From the human T2T-CHM13v2.0 reference genome, Homo sapiens, in NCBI RefSeq assembly GCF_009914755.1, contig NC_060925.1: a stretch of 64,000 nt of DNA, one strand, 5' to 3'. The notes under the pieces are model-generated. The model searched no databases, was not told where the DNA came from, and saw only the letters and a list, made by a program, of their open reading frames with translations. Every line of letters starts with the position of its first letter. The stretch's first letter is position 1. Position numbers and translations under genes: made by a program. Positions 1 to 11,550 of the stretch are shown in pieces.

Positions 1-551
1 CAGAACTGCTACTTGAGTCTAGTGTGAATTCCCTCTGGACTGGACACCTTTGCTGGGATGCCCAGGTGTTCTCGTTCTGCTTACTAAGTAAGCAGCTACA
101 GATGGCCAACAAATTTGAAACTTCTTCTTCGTCAGTGAAAAGGTAAAACCAAATTCCCTGTTTGTGGCAAGGCTCCTTTGTTCAGTAAACACAAAGATCT
201 ATTTACATTTCTTTTGTTCTCTCTGGAAACACACTGCTTGGGTCATCTACTACACTGATTTCAAGGTGCCCTGCAACCCTCATGTTGTTTTTAGATAGAT
301 ATTTTATAGAGCAGATCAGGTGAGGTGCCTGGCCTCTGGAGGGAAACCAGAAAGAACATCAGCCAGCACCCATGGCTAAAGCTTAGGCCCATTAACCAGA
401 CAGTCTTGGCTGAAGTTAGGGGAAGAGCACAACCCTGTGGGTATATGTGTGTCCACGGCCCACCTTGGTTTAGGGAGATATTCCAACTCTCCATGGGTCT
501 CATGGTACCAAATCTCAGCCCTCAATGGGTCTCATGGTACCAAAGCAGACT

Positions 552-1328
552 GGTGGAGTGAAAAGATTTGGGCTTGGCAGCCAGAGAGATGTAAATTGGA
601 CCTCAGTTCTGCCACAAGGCCTCCGGCAAGTCACTAAACCACTCTGATCCTAGGTTTCCTCATTGTAAAACAGTGATAATGACTTCTCCCTTGCAAAGTT
701 AGCATACAGGTGAATACTAAAGTAAAGCCCTAGCATATAGTAGGATTTCAAAATAGTCCATTATTGGTCCAGAACTGGCCAGCTGCCTCAAATGGACTTT
801 CTTTAGGTGCTTGGCTGAGCCTGAGGATTAAAGGCCATTAGTGATGGAAGCTTTGGGCAGTTTCCTGAGTAACCATGGGGCAAGTCTGCTAATCTCTGAG
901 ACATGACTTCCTCATCTGCACTGGAAATCATAGTAATTAATGTGCCTTTCTTACTTCTCTAGATTGTTAGAGGATAACAGGAGACAGAGGCTGTGAAAAC
1001 ATTTTGTCATGTGAAAAGTGGTATACAGAAGTTATTGTTATAAAAACAATAGTAACAACATTAATTAACATTTTTGAGTGCTTACTTTTTGCCAAACACT
1101 GGTTGAAGTGCTTCCCAGATGTCACTCACTTTCATTTTAATCCTCTTCTAACAGTTCCCTCAGATGGAGCCCTGTTTATTATTTTGGTTTTTCCGTTGGT
1201 TAAACTGAGGTACAAAGAGGTTAAGTAACTTGCCCAAAGTCACACAGATAGGCAAGGGGCTGACCTGAATTCAAACCCAGCCAATCAAATTCCAGAACCT
1301 GTCCAATGCAGTATTAATCACTATGCTT
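552..1328. repeat. Cluster of three MIR fragments (two +, one -)
   Basis: MIR core motifs ggcaagtcactaaacc..gtttcctcattgtaaaa and aaactgagg..gaggttaagtaacttgcccaaagtcacacag. Confidence 0.7.
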
Positions 1329-1974
1329 ATAGTGGCATTGTTATGTGATTGCTATCTCTAAGTTTCTCTCCACAAAGGGTACATAGTTATCTATTCTCAA
1401 TGAATGATATGGGGCTATAAAGGCATGATAATGGCTCCATAGAGCCATCTGCTAATTAGTCTCCCTCCTTTCTGGGCATACCTCAAACATCTTAGGAACA
1501 TATGTGCTTATATCCATGAGCAAACACATTCGTGGATTGAGTATAGATGTATATAGATTGGAGAAACATGCCCAAAGATAGAGATCAAAATATAAATGTT
1601 AGGAAGCAAAGCATTAGCAAGATCATTTATGGGCTCATGAATCTGTTGTGAAGGATAATTATTCATTGGCTTAAGTGAGATGGAAAGTGTCATTATGGTA
1701 ATGCAGTAGTCATGCTTAATCTGTTTCCTACTGCACATGTGATAAATGCCATTCATATGTGAGACACACTCCTGTGAGGCTGCCCAGACATTAACAATGT
1801 TCCTTCTGAATTTGGGGGGACGGAAATTAAAGCAAATAATGAATCAATTATTTTTAGCATTTATGAACTCATTTTACAGACATTTGGGCAATTAAATTAC
1901 CCGGTTAAATAGCTCAGAAAAATGTTACTTTTCAATAAACTTCCATTAAATTCAACAAATTTGTGGCGTTCTAC

Positions 1975-2159
1975 CTGTGCTGTCCAGTACAGTAGCCACT
2001 AGCCACATGTGGCTATTTAAATTTAAAAATTCAGTTTTCAGTTGCTCCAGCCATGTTTCATGCATTCAGTAAGCCCTGTGTGACTAGTGGCTATCAATCA
2101 GACAGTGCAGATTATAGAACATTTCCATCATCGCAGAAAGTTCTGGTGGATAACACTGC
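1975..2159 (-). mobile_element. MER3 (hAT-Charlie MITE) inserted in an L2 3' fragment
   Basis: gtagccactagccacatgtggctatttaaatttaa...tagaacatttccatcatcgcagaaagttct matches recalled MER3; L2-like sequence on both sides (ttcaacaaat...; gaggatgcagtgatgac...ctgcccttatgggg). Confidence 0.8.
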
Positions 2160-2519
2160 TAGACAGTAGTATACACTGAGGATGCAGTGATGACCAGAAC
2201 ATTCCCATCCCTGCCCTTATGGGGCTGATAGCTCTGCTGAACAAGTTACCCCAGACTTGGACCTACGGAAGGACATAGGACAATGAGAAAGTATGGCAGG
2301 GGATCTATCCAAGAAGGGGTGCTTAGGAAAAATGAAACCAAAGAAAGCTCCCTACCCATGAATAACAGAGCACGTTTTTAAAAGAAATCAAACTTAATTA
2401 AAAATAAATAAATAATTTTATCTGCAATTGGATTCTACAACTAATATTAATATTGATGTTTAAATACTTGATTGAAGAATAAGCTTAAATAAAACTTATT
2501 TTGTTATTAAAATTCATAG

Positions 2520-2825
2520 TGCAATAAATCTTAAGAGGAGCCAAAGCAAAATATACATGCAGCATGATTCCATTTATATGAAGTTCTGAAACAGGCAAAA
2601 TTAACCTATGGTAATAGAAATTAGAACCTTAGTTGCTTCAAGGTGGGGTGGGAGGGAGTGGTTGGGAGCAGGGACCAACTACAAAAGATTGTGGGGGTAC
2701 TTTCTGGGTTGTTGATGTTCTATCAAGATAGGGACATTTGTTACATGAGTATATGCATTTGCCTGTACTCATAGAACTGTATAACTAAGATCTGTATATT
2801 GCACAGTATTGTATATGAATTAATC
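2520..2825 (+). mobile_element. Old L1 (L1MC/L1ME-type) 3' UTR fragment
   Basis: atgattccatttatatgaagttc...acaggcaaaattaacctatggtaatagaa motif typical of old L1 3' ends. Confidence 0.7.
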
Positions 2826-3468
2826 TATATATATGTGATCAAAATAATTACATATTGTAACATGTTATGGTTGATATCAGTAATATTATGGAAATGTCCA
2901 TTGCTTTATTACTCTGTCTGCCTCTGACCTGGCCTTCATAACCTTATATTGTCAGTAACATGAAAGTTTCAGGCATCCTTTCTGATCTTGTGCCATGTGG
3001 ATATGAATGTGTTGCTCCTACTTTTCCAATTTTTGATGCTTTCTTTCTTATCAAAAGTGAGCAAACTGGAAGGATGTTTGCCAGGATGTTAAAAATGGTG
3101 TTATTTTTGGGTGGGGAGATTTGAGGTGAACTTTATTTTCTCTCTTTTGCTATGCTGGAATTTGGAACAAGGAGTGTATATGATTTTTTGATCTGAAGCA
3201 CAAAAGCTTATCCATGTAGTCTTTTGGAGACTTTGGGTTCTATACTCTGATTAGTGACAAATTTTCTTCCAAGCAGCAGGCTCTATGGGTGGTTATTTAG
3301 CAGTCCTCTGGTCTTAATCAATGTGATTGTTTCTTTCCTTGTCTGTCTCACCTGCCTCTCCTGCTCAGCCTCTCTGTGATCCCAAGGGTACACTGGAGGG
3401 GATTTGGCTGCTTGGAAGCCCTCTCAAGCTGTCTGCCCCTCTCACCTGCCTCCTCTCTGTGCTCACAG

Positions 3469-3756
3469 ATTCTTACCTGACCCTTGATGAACCAATGAAT
3501 AACATCACCACGTCTCTGGGCCAGACAGCAGAACTGCACTGCAAAGTCTCTGGGAATCCACCTCCCACCATCCGCTGGTTCAAAAATGATGCTCCTGTGG
3601 TCCAGGAGCCCCGGAGGCTCTCCTTTCGGTCCACCATCTATGGCTCTCGGCTGCGGATTAGAAACCTCGACACCACAGACACAGGCTACTTCCAGTGCGT
3701 GGCAACAAACGGCAAGGAGGTGGTTTCTTCCACTGGAGTCTTGTTTGTCAAGTTTG
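3469..3756 (+). CDS. ROR1: ROR1 internal coding exon (Ig-like domain; exon 3 by recalled gene structure), 288 nt, phase 1-1
   Basis: Translates [40 protein letters not shown]...[27 protein letters not shown], the ROR1 Ig domain (C...W...DxGxxxC pattern, NIT sequon). Pyrimidine tract plus ctcacag acceptor ending at 3468; donor TG|gtaagc at 3757. Confidence 0.98.
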
Positions 3757-4463
3757 GTAAGCAGACCCCTACTGGGGATGGACTTTGGCCCTCAGCCCAA
3801 TGTGGTAGGATGGCTAGAGTCCACAGGGACAGGAAGGAAGGAATGCACACTTAGTGAGAATGTACTCTGTGCCCACAACCCTAAACCTGGTATGGTTGTA
3901 CCCATTTTACAAATAAGTAAACTAAGGCCCAGCAGTTAGTTACCATGTTACCCAGCTAGTAAACAGCAGAGCAGGAATGAGGTCCGGATCTTTCTGACCT
4001 CAGAGCCCCTAATTGAAACCATCGTGCCGTTGAGCTCTTTTCAACAAGGATGCTTCTTGTCCAAGAAGTTGGAAATGTTCGCAGCGTGCATGGCCCTTTT
4101 CCTGCCATCAAGGACTAGAAGGAAGCCCCACTCACTGTTGCAATCAACACCTTCATGCAACCACTCAGCCCATTGGAAACTCCCTGCATAGTTTGAAGAT
4201 GCTTACTCGATTAACTCTTTTTTTAGCACTTGTCTTAGCATTTTCAGGCCCTGAATTGTGAGACATAGACACGTTCTCACTGGTATTTTTTTTTTTTTTC
4301 ATAGAGATGGTTGGGGGAATAGAGCAAAACAATAAATTCCAGAAAAATAAATACTACCTCTGGGTGGTTGAGAACTTTAATTTGTAATGATTTGACTGTA
4401 TCCATACTCACCCTCCAATAACCTAGACTGACTGTTTCTTTTGTTTTTCTTTCATTTCTTCAG
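3757..4463 (+). other. ROR1: ROR1 intron (707 nt, GT-AG)
   Basis: gtaagc...ttcttcag between the two exons. Confidence 0.95.
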
Positions 4464-4494
4464 GCCCCCCTCCCACTGCAAGTCCAGGATACTC
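4464..4494 (+). CDS. ROR1: ROR1 31-nt microexon (exon 4), encodes (G)PPPTASPGY(S) linker, phase 1-2
   Basis: Long polypyrimidine tract plus ttcttcag acceptor; branch-point-like ctgac at 4428; donor gtaagt at 4495. Continues the frame of the previous exon to give FVKFGPPPTASPGYS, as in ROR1. Not in the ORF track. Confidence 0.96.
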
Positions 4495-4947
4495 GTAAGT
4501 ACTTTTATCTCCTTTCTTGTCATTTCTAAGTGTTTCTCCGTGGTTTTCTAGGGCAAAAGCAATGTTGTCCTCTTCTTAAGCCAAAATACTGGCTTCCAGA
4601 TGTCATTCCATTTTGCCCTGCCCTCATTCCATTTTGCTTGTTCTCTGCTCTAAAGATTCACAGGAGACCACCATTGGCAGAATTCTCAAGTGTAGTAATG
4701 TTGATTCTGAATGATCAAAGCAAAAATCTTCCATTTACTGTTTTAGAAGGAATCTAACATTTAGTGGCAACAATGGATTGATTTGGTAAAATCAAACAAA
4801 AAATGATATAGTGCTGGCATAGGAACCTTTACTCTCAGGGTCTATGTTTCTGCAAGCATTTTTGATGAATTCATTATTGATCAGGGCAACAATTAGGTAA
4901 TCACTTTATTTTTTATTCCCTTTAAAGAACTCAAAAGCAGAAGTTCT

Positions 4948-5286
<339 letters not shown>

Positions 5287-7710
5287 CTAACTTACACTGG
5301 GAAAGAAAGTCCCAAGCTTGGACTGAGAGTTGCATGGAAGTTTGATTCATTTTGAGTCCCTCGTTAATGGAGTCTAAAGGTCCAATTTCTTTCACTAATG
5401 CTATTGTTGATGCGTTTGTCATTTGTTCTGGCTAAAGGATTCTCATCTTTCACTTTAAGAGTATCTACTTGGGGCATTTTTCTTTATCTATATTTTTATT
5501 TTGGGGGAAGGACCCACTTATTAAAACTCTTACTCTACAAAAAAAAATCCTCAATACTCTGTAGACTTTTGAAATAAAATTTTTGTGGCTCTGCCACAAG
5601 AGCATCAAAATGTTTGATCTAGACTACACCTATGGCAAATATAACAGCCACTTAATTTGCTCCAATCCCCTCTGTGCCACTTAATTACAGTGTGGGGTAT
5701 TTTAATACATTTGTGTGTGCCTGGAGGCCCAGTGGCCCACAATCCCATTAATGAAATAGGTAATGGGTAAAAATAAACATTGGCCTTCAGCCACACAGTT
5801 CTGCTATTTCATCAGCCAGTTAAAGGCAACTGTAAAAGAGTCTTTAAAATCACTCAAGTGCTAATTGCATTCTACTTGCCCAGGTAGAAAATGCTGATTG
5901 ATCTTAAAACAGGTCAGAAATTTGGTCACTCTGCCTTGCATTTCTTGATGCTAATCTGCTTTTTTTTTTTTTTTTTTCAATGGTCTCACCATTGGTTATA
6001 TGTGGAATCCTTTTGAAGTCTTAGTTAAACAAAGATGAAAACTTTTGTTACTTGTAAAAATGTCTCCCACCCTGGTACCTTATTTGTTCCTGTTAATCTG
6101 TGTTTCAAATGTGGCTGATAATCTATATCCCAGGCTGATTAATGTGGTTCACTAATCTGCCTTTACTATTAAGTACTGTGTTGTTGACTTTCAGCCTGTT
6201 GTATTTGCATTAGAGTTCTTTTTATTATCAAAATTATGATTATATCCTTCTATGTTCTTCTTGAAGTTTTCATTCTTCACTGCTGTCCTTCTGATGAACC
6301 CAGTCTAGGTCTCTCGTGGTTTTTAATATTATACAAAGATTTTATACCCCTGTTGTGAACCGATATCTATGGAGAGGGTATTGAAGTTCCTTAAAGATGC
6401 TCAACCACAGCTAAAAAGTATCCTTTGATATCACGCATCTCTGTTTTATATTAGCTGTCAGATTATCTATTACATTAGTCGGTAATAGCATGAAATGTAT
6501 AGTTACCATGTTTGCTTGCAGGGAGTTACAATAAAATACAATTCAAATTGGAAATCCCATGGGGCCTTTTGCAGTTACATCTCCATTCTGTTTTTGGCAT
6601 TCCTAGTTGGCATTTTGGTACCTTTTTTTTTTCTTTCCCAGTGATGCATCCTGCTCTTTATCTCTTCTCTTAATTGCCACCACTTCCCCTGTCTCTAGGA
6701 GTTCTTCACTTCCTGAGACTAACTCCCAGAAAGAATGCTGGTTCCCATGCCTAGCTTCGGAGTAGCCCTCAATAGGCAGCCAACCTTCTCTCCAAGGGGA
6801 CAGGCAGAAGATAACAAAATGATAGCCATGGGGAATATCATAACATTGAGGTCCCTCTAAAGGTTGTTTGTCAAATTGTACACTACTATTTCCAAAAGAG
6901 GAATGAAATACAGTTATAAATTGCTCTGTTTATTTGAAAGTGGCACAGAGTTACTGCAAAAGAAATAAAAGGAGCATCTATGACCCAACTCTAACATTCA
7001 GAACGTAAGGACTGTGAAATACATTAGACATATGAAACCTGGTGAGAGCTGAGGTCCACTGAGGCAACAGGGCTACACAACTCCTGCCTGGGAAGGGCTT
7101 GTAGGGACCCTTGGGACTATGGCCCAGAAAGGCACTTGTCACTTCCTCTGAGGGACTGCATCAGGTTTCCACATGAAGCTTTCAGAATGATATTTTAGTT
7201 TACAGTAGGAACAAGCTTGATATTTTCGTTTGGTTTCCGTTCATAGATTTAGGCTTCATTTCTTCTGTCATTGCTGGGTCCTGGCTACCCCTAACACTTA
7301 TAGGACCTGGGGCATGAGTACAAGCGGAGGTTCACATACCATATGTCTAAATATTTAAAAGTTATAAATCAAGCTAGCAACATTGTTGAATAAAATATGT
7401 TCTATCTTCCCACAGTGTCAAATATACCTTTTTAACGTTAAAATTTTAAAATACATAGAAAGTTGTGGTGTGTTTTAAATGATTAAGAGCCAGGAACTAT
7501 GAAAAATGGCTATTTTAATCATTGTTATGCATGTCTGGATGTTTTGTTCATGGGCCAAAGATATCATATATAATTCATAGATTGTTATATATTAGTTCCA
7601 TAAAAATTTGTTTGCCTTCCTTTCAGGAAAATGACTACCTAAGTTGTTTTATGCAAGATTTTTACAGTGTATATTCTATTGATAACATCGCTAAATTAGA
7701 CAAATTTGTT

Positions 7711-8028
7711 TTTCTTTTTGTTTTATTTTATTTTATTTTATTTTGAAACAAGGTCTGGCTCTATCACCCAGGCTGGAGTGCAGTGGTGTATGATCTTGGG
7801 TCACTGCAACCTCTGCCTACTGGGCTCAAGCCATCCTCTCACCTCAGCCTTCTGAGTACCTGGGACCACAGGCACGCACTACCGTGCCTGGCAAATTTTT
7901 GTATGTTTTACAGAGATGGGGTTTCTCCATGTTGGCCGGGCTGGTCTCGAACTCCTGGCCTCAAGCAACCCACCTACCTTGGCCTCCCAAAGTGCTGGGA
8001 TTGCAGGCTTGAAGTACTGCACCTGGCC
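7711..8028 (-). mobile_element. AluJ-type Alu
   Basis: Full dimer with J-type features (ctgggctcaagc, gggaccacagg); TSD acaaattt(g/c)tt. Confidence 0.9.
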
Positions 8029-8061
8029 TGAACAAATTTCTTAAGTCCTTGTCATTCTTGC

Positions 8062-8215
8062 TTTTTTTTTTGGACAGGTTCTGGCTCTGTCATCCAGGCT
8101 GGAGTTCAGTGGCATGACCTTGGCTCACTGCAACCCCTGCCTCTGCATTCAAGCAATCCTCCCACCTCAGCCTCCCGAGTAGCTGGGACTACAGGTGCCA
8201 GCCAACATGCCTGGT
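8062..8215 (-). mobile_element. Alu right-arm monomer (FRAM or 5'-truncated AluJ)
   Basis: Right arm only, with T tract; flanked by TSD-like tgtcattcttgc / tgtaattcttac. Confidence 0.85.
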
Positions 8216-8501
8216 TGTAATTCTTACACTGTAAAACTAATTTTAATTTGGAGAAACTTCACTCCCTGGAGCCAGTGGCAGCTATAGTTATCAATAAAAT
8301 TCCTAAAGTGATACTTAAATTTGGAAATGAACTAAGAATTATACATGCCATGTTCAAACACAGAAATGGAATCATATATGACAAATAATCATTATTGTAG
8401 AATATATTACAAAATATTACAATTTAATCATATAAATCAGTATCATACTTCATACATTATCCTAGGTTTGTACAAATTTAAGAATAATATGACTTGTTTA
8501 A

Positions 8502-8937
8502 TGTGTTAATTTTCTTGGGCTGCTGGAAAGTATCACAAACTGCATGGCAAAAACAATAGAAATTTAGTATCTCATAGTTCTGGAGGCTAGAAGTATGAGA
8601 TCAATGTGTTCATGGGGTTGGTTCTTTCTTATGGCTATGAGGAAAGATTTCTCCTTTCCAGAAGTGTGTCAGAATTTTTCCGTATTCATTGGCTTATAGA
8701 TGCATCTCCCCAACCTCTGCCTTGGTGTTCACATGATAGTCTTCCTATATGTGTAGCCCTTAATTTCCCCTTTTCATAAGGACACCAGTCATACTGTATT
8801 GGGATCCACCGTGACGACCTCATTTTAACTTGATTACCTCTGTAAAGACCTATTTCCAAATAAGATCACATTCCAAGGTACCTGGAAATTAGGACTTCAA
8901 GATACATATTTGGGAGGACATGGTTCAACCCATAACA
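8502..8937 (-). mobile_element. MLT1 (MaLR) solo LTR, MLT1C/D-like
   Basis: TG...CA ends; ctcatagttctggaggctagaagt, ataaggacaccagtcata, ggttcaacccataaca motifs. Confidence 0.85.
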
Positions 8938-10171
8938 CTTGATATTGCAAAGTTTTTCTCAGCCATGCAAAACTCTTGCAAATGTTATTCTAATGTGTGA
9001 GAGCTTTCAGAAGCGCTGGTTGGAATATAATGAAAATAGATGTTTGGTAATATTGGGAATGATAGTTTGTTGTGCAAGAATATTTTGCATTCAAACTGAG
9101 AGAAGAATTTGACACATTGGTTAATTTATCTTTTCTCCTGCTGAAGTGGCTCTGCCACTGTAGTTTCTCCTAGGCTCTAAGAAGAGTCCATCTCCTCCAC
9201 TGGCAGTGTCACAATACACAAAACTTTGACAGTATGCAGTTGTGGTCACCTTCTATTCCAAGGACAGAGGGCAAGACATGTAGAGAAATGTTCCCTGGGC
9301 CAGAACAGTGCTGGTCACAAAAATAGATGTCTAAGGTTTTGATTACATTGTGCGAGCACTCATTGCCAGATCCCAAGAGGCAAAGGGTTCCATGCGTACT
9401 CTTTACTCTCATTACATATATTCCCTGTGTATTTTTTGTATGTAGGCCCAGGGCCAGGACCTTTCTCTCTTTTTTTAATAACAGTTTTATTAAGATACAG
9501 TTAACCATAAAATTCACTGTTTTAAAGTGTGCGACTCAGTCTTTTTACTATATTCACAAAATTTTGCAACTCTCACTACTATCTTATTTTAGAACATTTT
9601 CATCATCTCAAAAAGAAACTTCTCCCAGCTATAGTAGCTTCTAATTTACTTCCTATCCCTATGAATTTGCCTATTCTAGACATTTCATATAAGTAGAATC
9701 CGACAATATTTGTCCTTTTGTGTTTGCCTTCTTTCACTTAGCATAAGGATGTTGAGGTTCATATAAATTATAGCATGCATCGGTGCTTCATCCTTTTTAT
9801 GGCTGAATAACAGTCCATGCATGGCTATACCACATTTCGTTTATCCATTTTTCTGTTGATGGACATTTGGGTTGCTTCTACTTTTTGCTTATTCTGAATA
9901 ATGCTGCCATGACCATTCATGTGCATTGTGGGGTATGTGTTTTCAATTCTCTTGGGTATATACCTAGAAATAGAATTCCTGGGTTATATGGTAATTCTAT
10001 GTTTAACTTTTTGAGGAACTGCAAAACTGTTTTCCAAAGAGGCTGCAGCATTTTGTATTTGCAGAAGGATAGTATATGGGTTCCAATTTCTCCACATGCT
10101 CTCCAACACTTATTTTCCTTATTTAAAAATTATTTATTTATTTATTTATTTATTTAAAATTTATTATAGCC

Positions 10172-10474
<303 letters not shown>

Positions 10475-11179
10475 ACTATTATAGCCATCCTCGTGAGTGT
10501 GAAATGGTATCTCATTGTGGTTTTGATTTGCATTTTCCTAATGACTCATGATGTTGAGCATCTTTTCATGTGCATATTGGCCATTTATGTTTTCTTTGGG
10601 GAAATGTTTGTTCAAACTTTTTACCCATTTTTTAAATTGAATTAATTGTCTTTTTATTCTTGAGGTGTAAGAGTTACTTATTTTGGGTATATACCCTTAT
10701 TAGATATATGATTTGCAAATATTTTCATTCTATGGATTGTCTTTTCATTTTCTTGATAGTGTTCTTTGAAACACAAAAGTTTTTCATTTTGATGACATTC
10801 AATTTATTACCCATTCTTTGGTTGGTTGTGATTTTGAAAACCATCGCCTGATGCAAGCGTACAAAGATTTACTCCTCTGTTTTTTTCCTAAAAGTTTTTA
10901 TTTACAGTTTTAGCTCTTACATTTAGGTTTTTGGTCCATCTTGAATTAATTTTTGTATACAGTGTGTGAGGTGGGAGTCCAGGTTCATTCTTTTGCATGT
11001 GGATATCCTGTTGTTCCAATATCATTTGATGAAAAGACCATTCTTTACCCATTGAATTGTCTTGGCACTCTGTTAAACCAATTAAACATGTGTCTATGTG
11101 TCTATCCCTATTCAGTTCTACATAGTCTTGATTACTATAGGTTTGTAGTAAGTTTTGAAATCAGGAAATATGAGTACTC

Positions 11180-11550
11180 TGTATTAGTATTCCACTGGAG
11201 AAACAAAACCAGTAAAATTGTGTGTGTATACATATATAAAGAGATATATTACAAAGAATTTGCTAAAATCCTTAGGGCAGGGAGCCAGGAGGCACAGGCT
11301 GGGAACTTTTGGGCAGTTGCTCATGCCATAGTCCACAGGTAGAATTTCTTCTTCCTCAGAGATACCTCTTAAGGCCTTTCATCTGATTGGATCAGGCCCA
11401 CCCAAACTATTGAGGATGACCTCCTACAACCAGTCAGTTGATTGTAGATGTTAATAAAATTTATAAAGTACTTTCACAGCAACACCTAGACTAGTGTTTG
11501 AATAACTCAGGACTGTACCTTGCCAGTTGATATGTAAAACTAGTCATCAC
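11180..11550 (-). mobile_element. MLT2-type (ERVL) solo LTR nested in L1
   Basis: ggagaaacaaaaccagta..., aaggcctttcatctgattggatcaggcccaccc, ttcacagcaacacctagactagtgtttga are MLT2 hallmarks. Confidence 0.8.

Larger units (their letters stand above)
7295..9460 (-). mobile_element. Decayed hAT-Tip100 DNA transposon (Zaphod/MER115-like) with transposase C-terminus, interrupted by two Alus and an MLT1 LTR
   Basis: Minus-strand FPNLSITLGILLITIAATGSRE*SFSKLKLV (about 8230-8330) and NLSNLAMLSIE (about 7675-7707) match the hAT dimerisation domain; left end resembles recalled MER115/Zaphod terminus. Boundaries approximate. Confidence 0.75.

Noticed and set aside
1975-2159. Palindromic tagccac/gtggcta hairpin as an ncRNA
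   Set aside because: Explained by the internal inverted repeats of the MER3 MITE.
3327-3468. N-terminal part of the 175-aa ORF 3327-3854 as coding sequence
   Set aside because: Starts at TTG and runs through the polypyrimidine tract; ROR1 similarity begins only after the AG acceptor at 3468.
3586-3939. 117-aa overlapping ORF in an alternative frame
   Set aside because: Shadow of the GC-rich exon; no recognisable domain; ends in a MIR.
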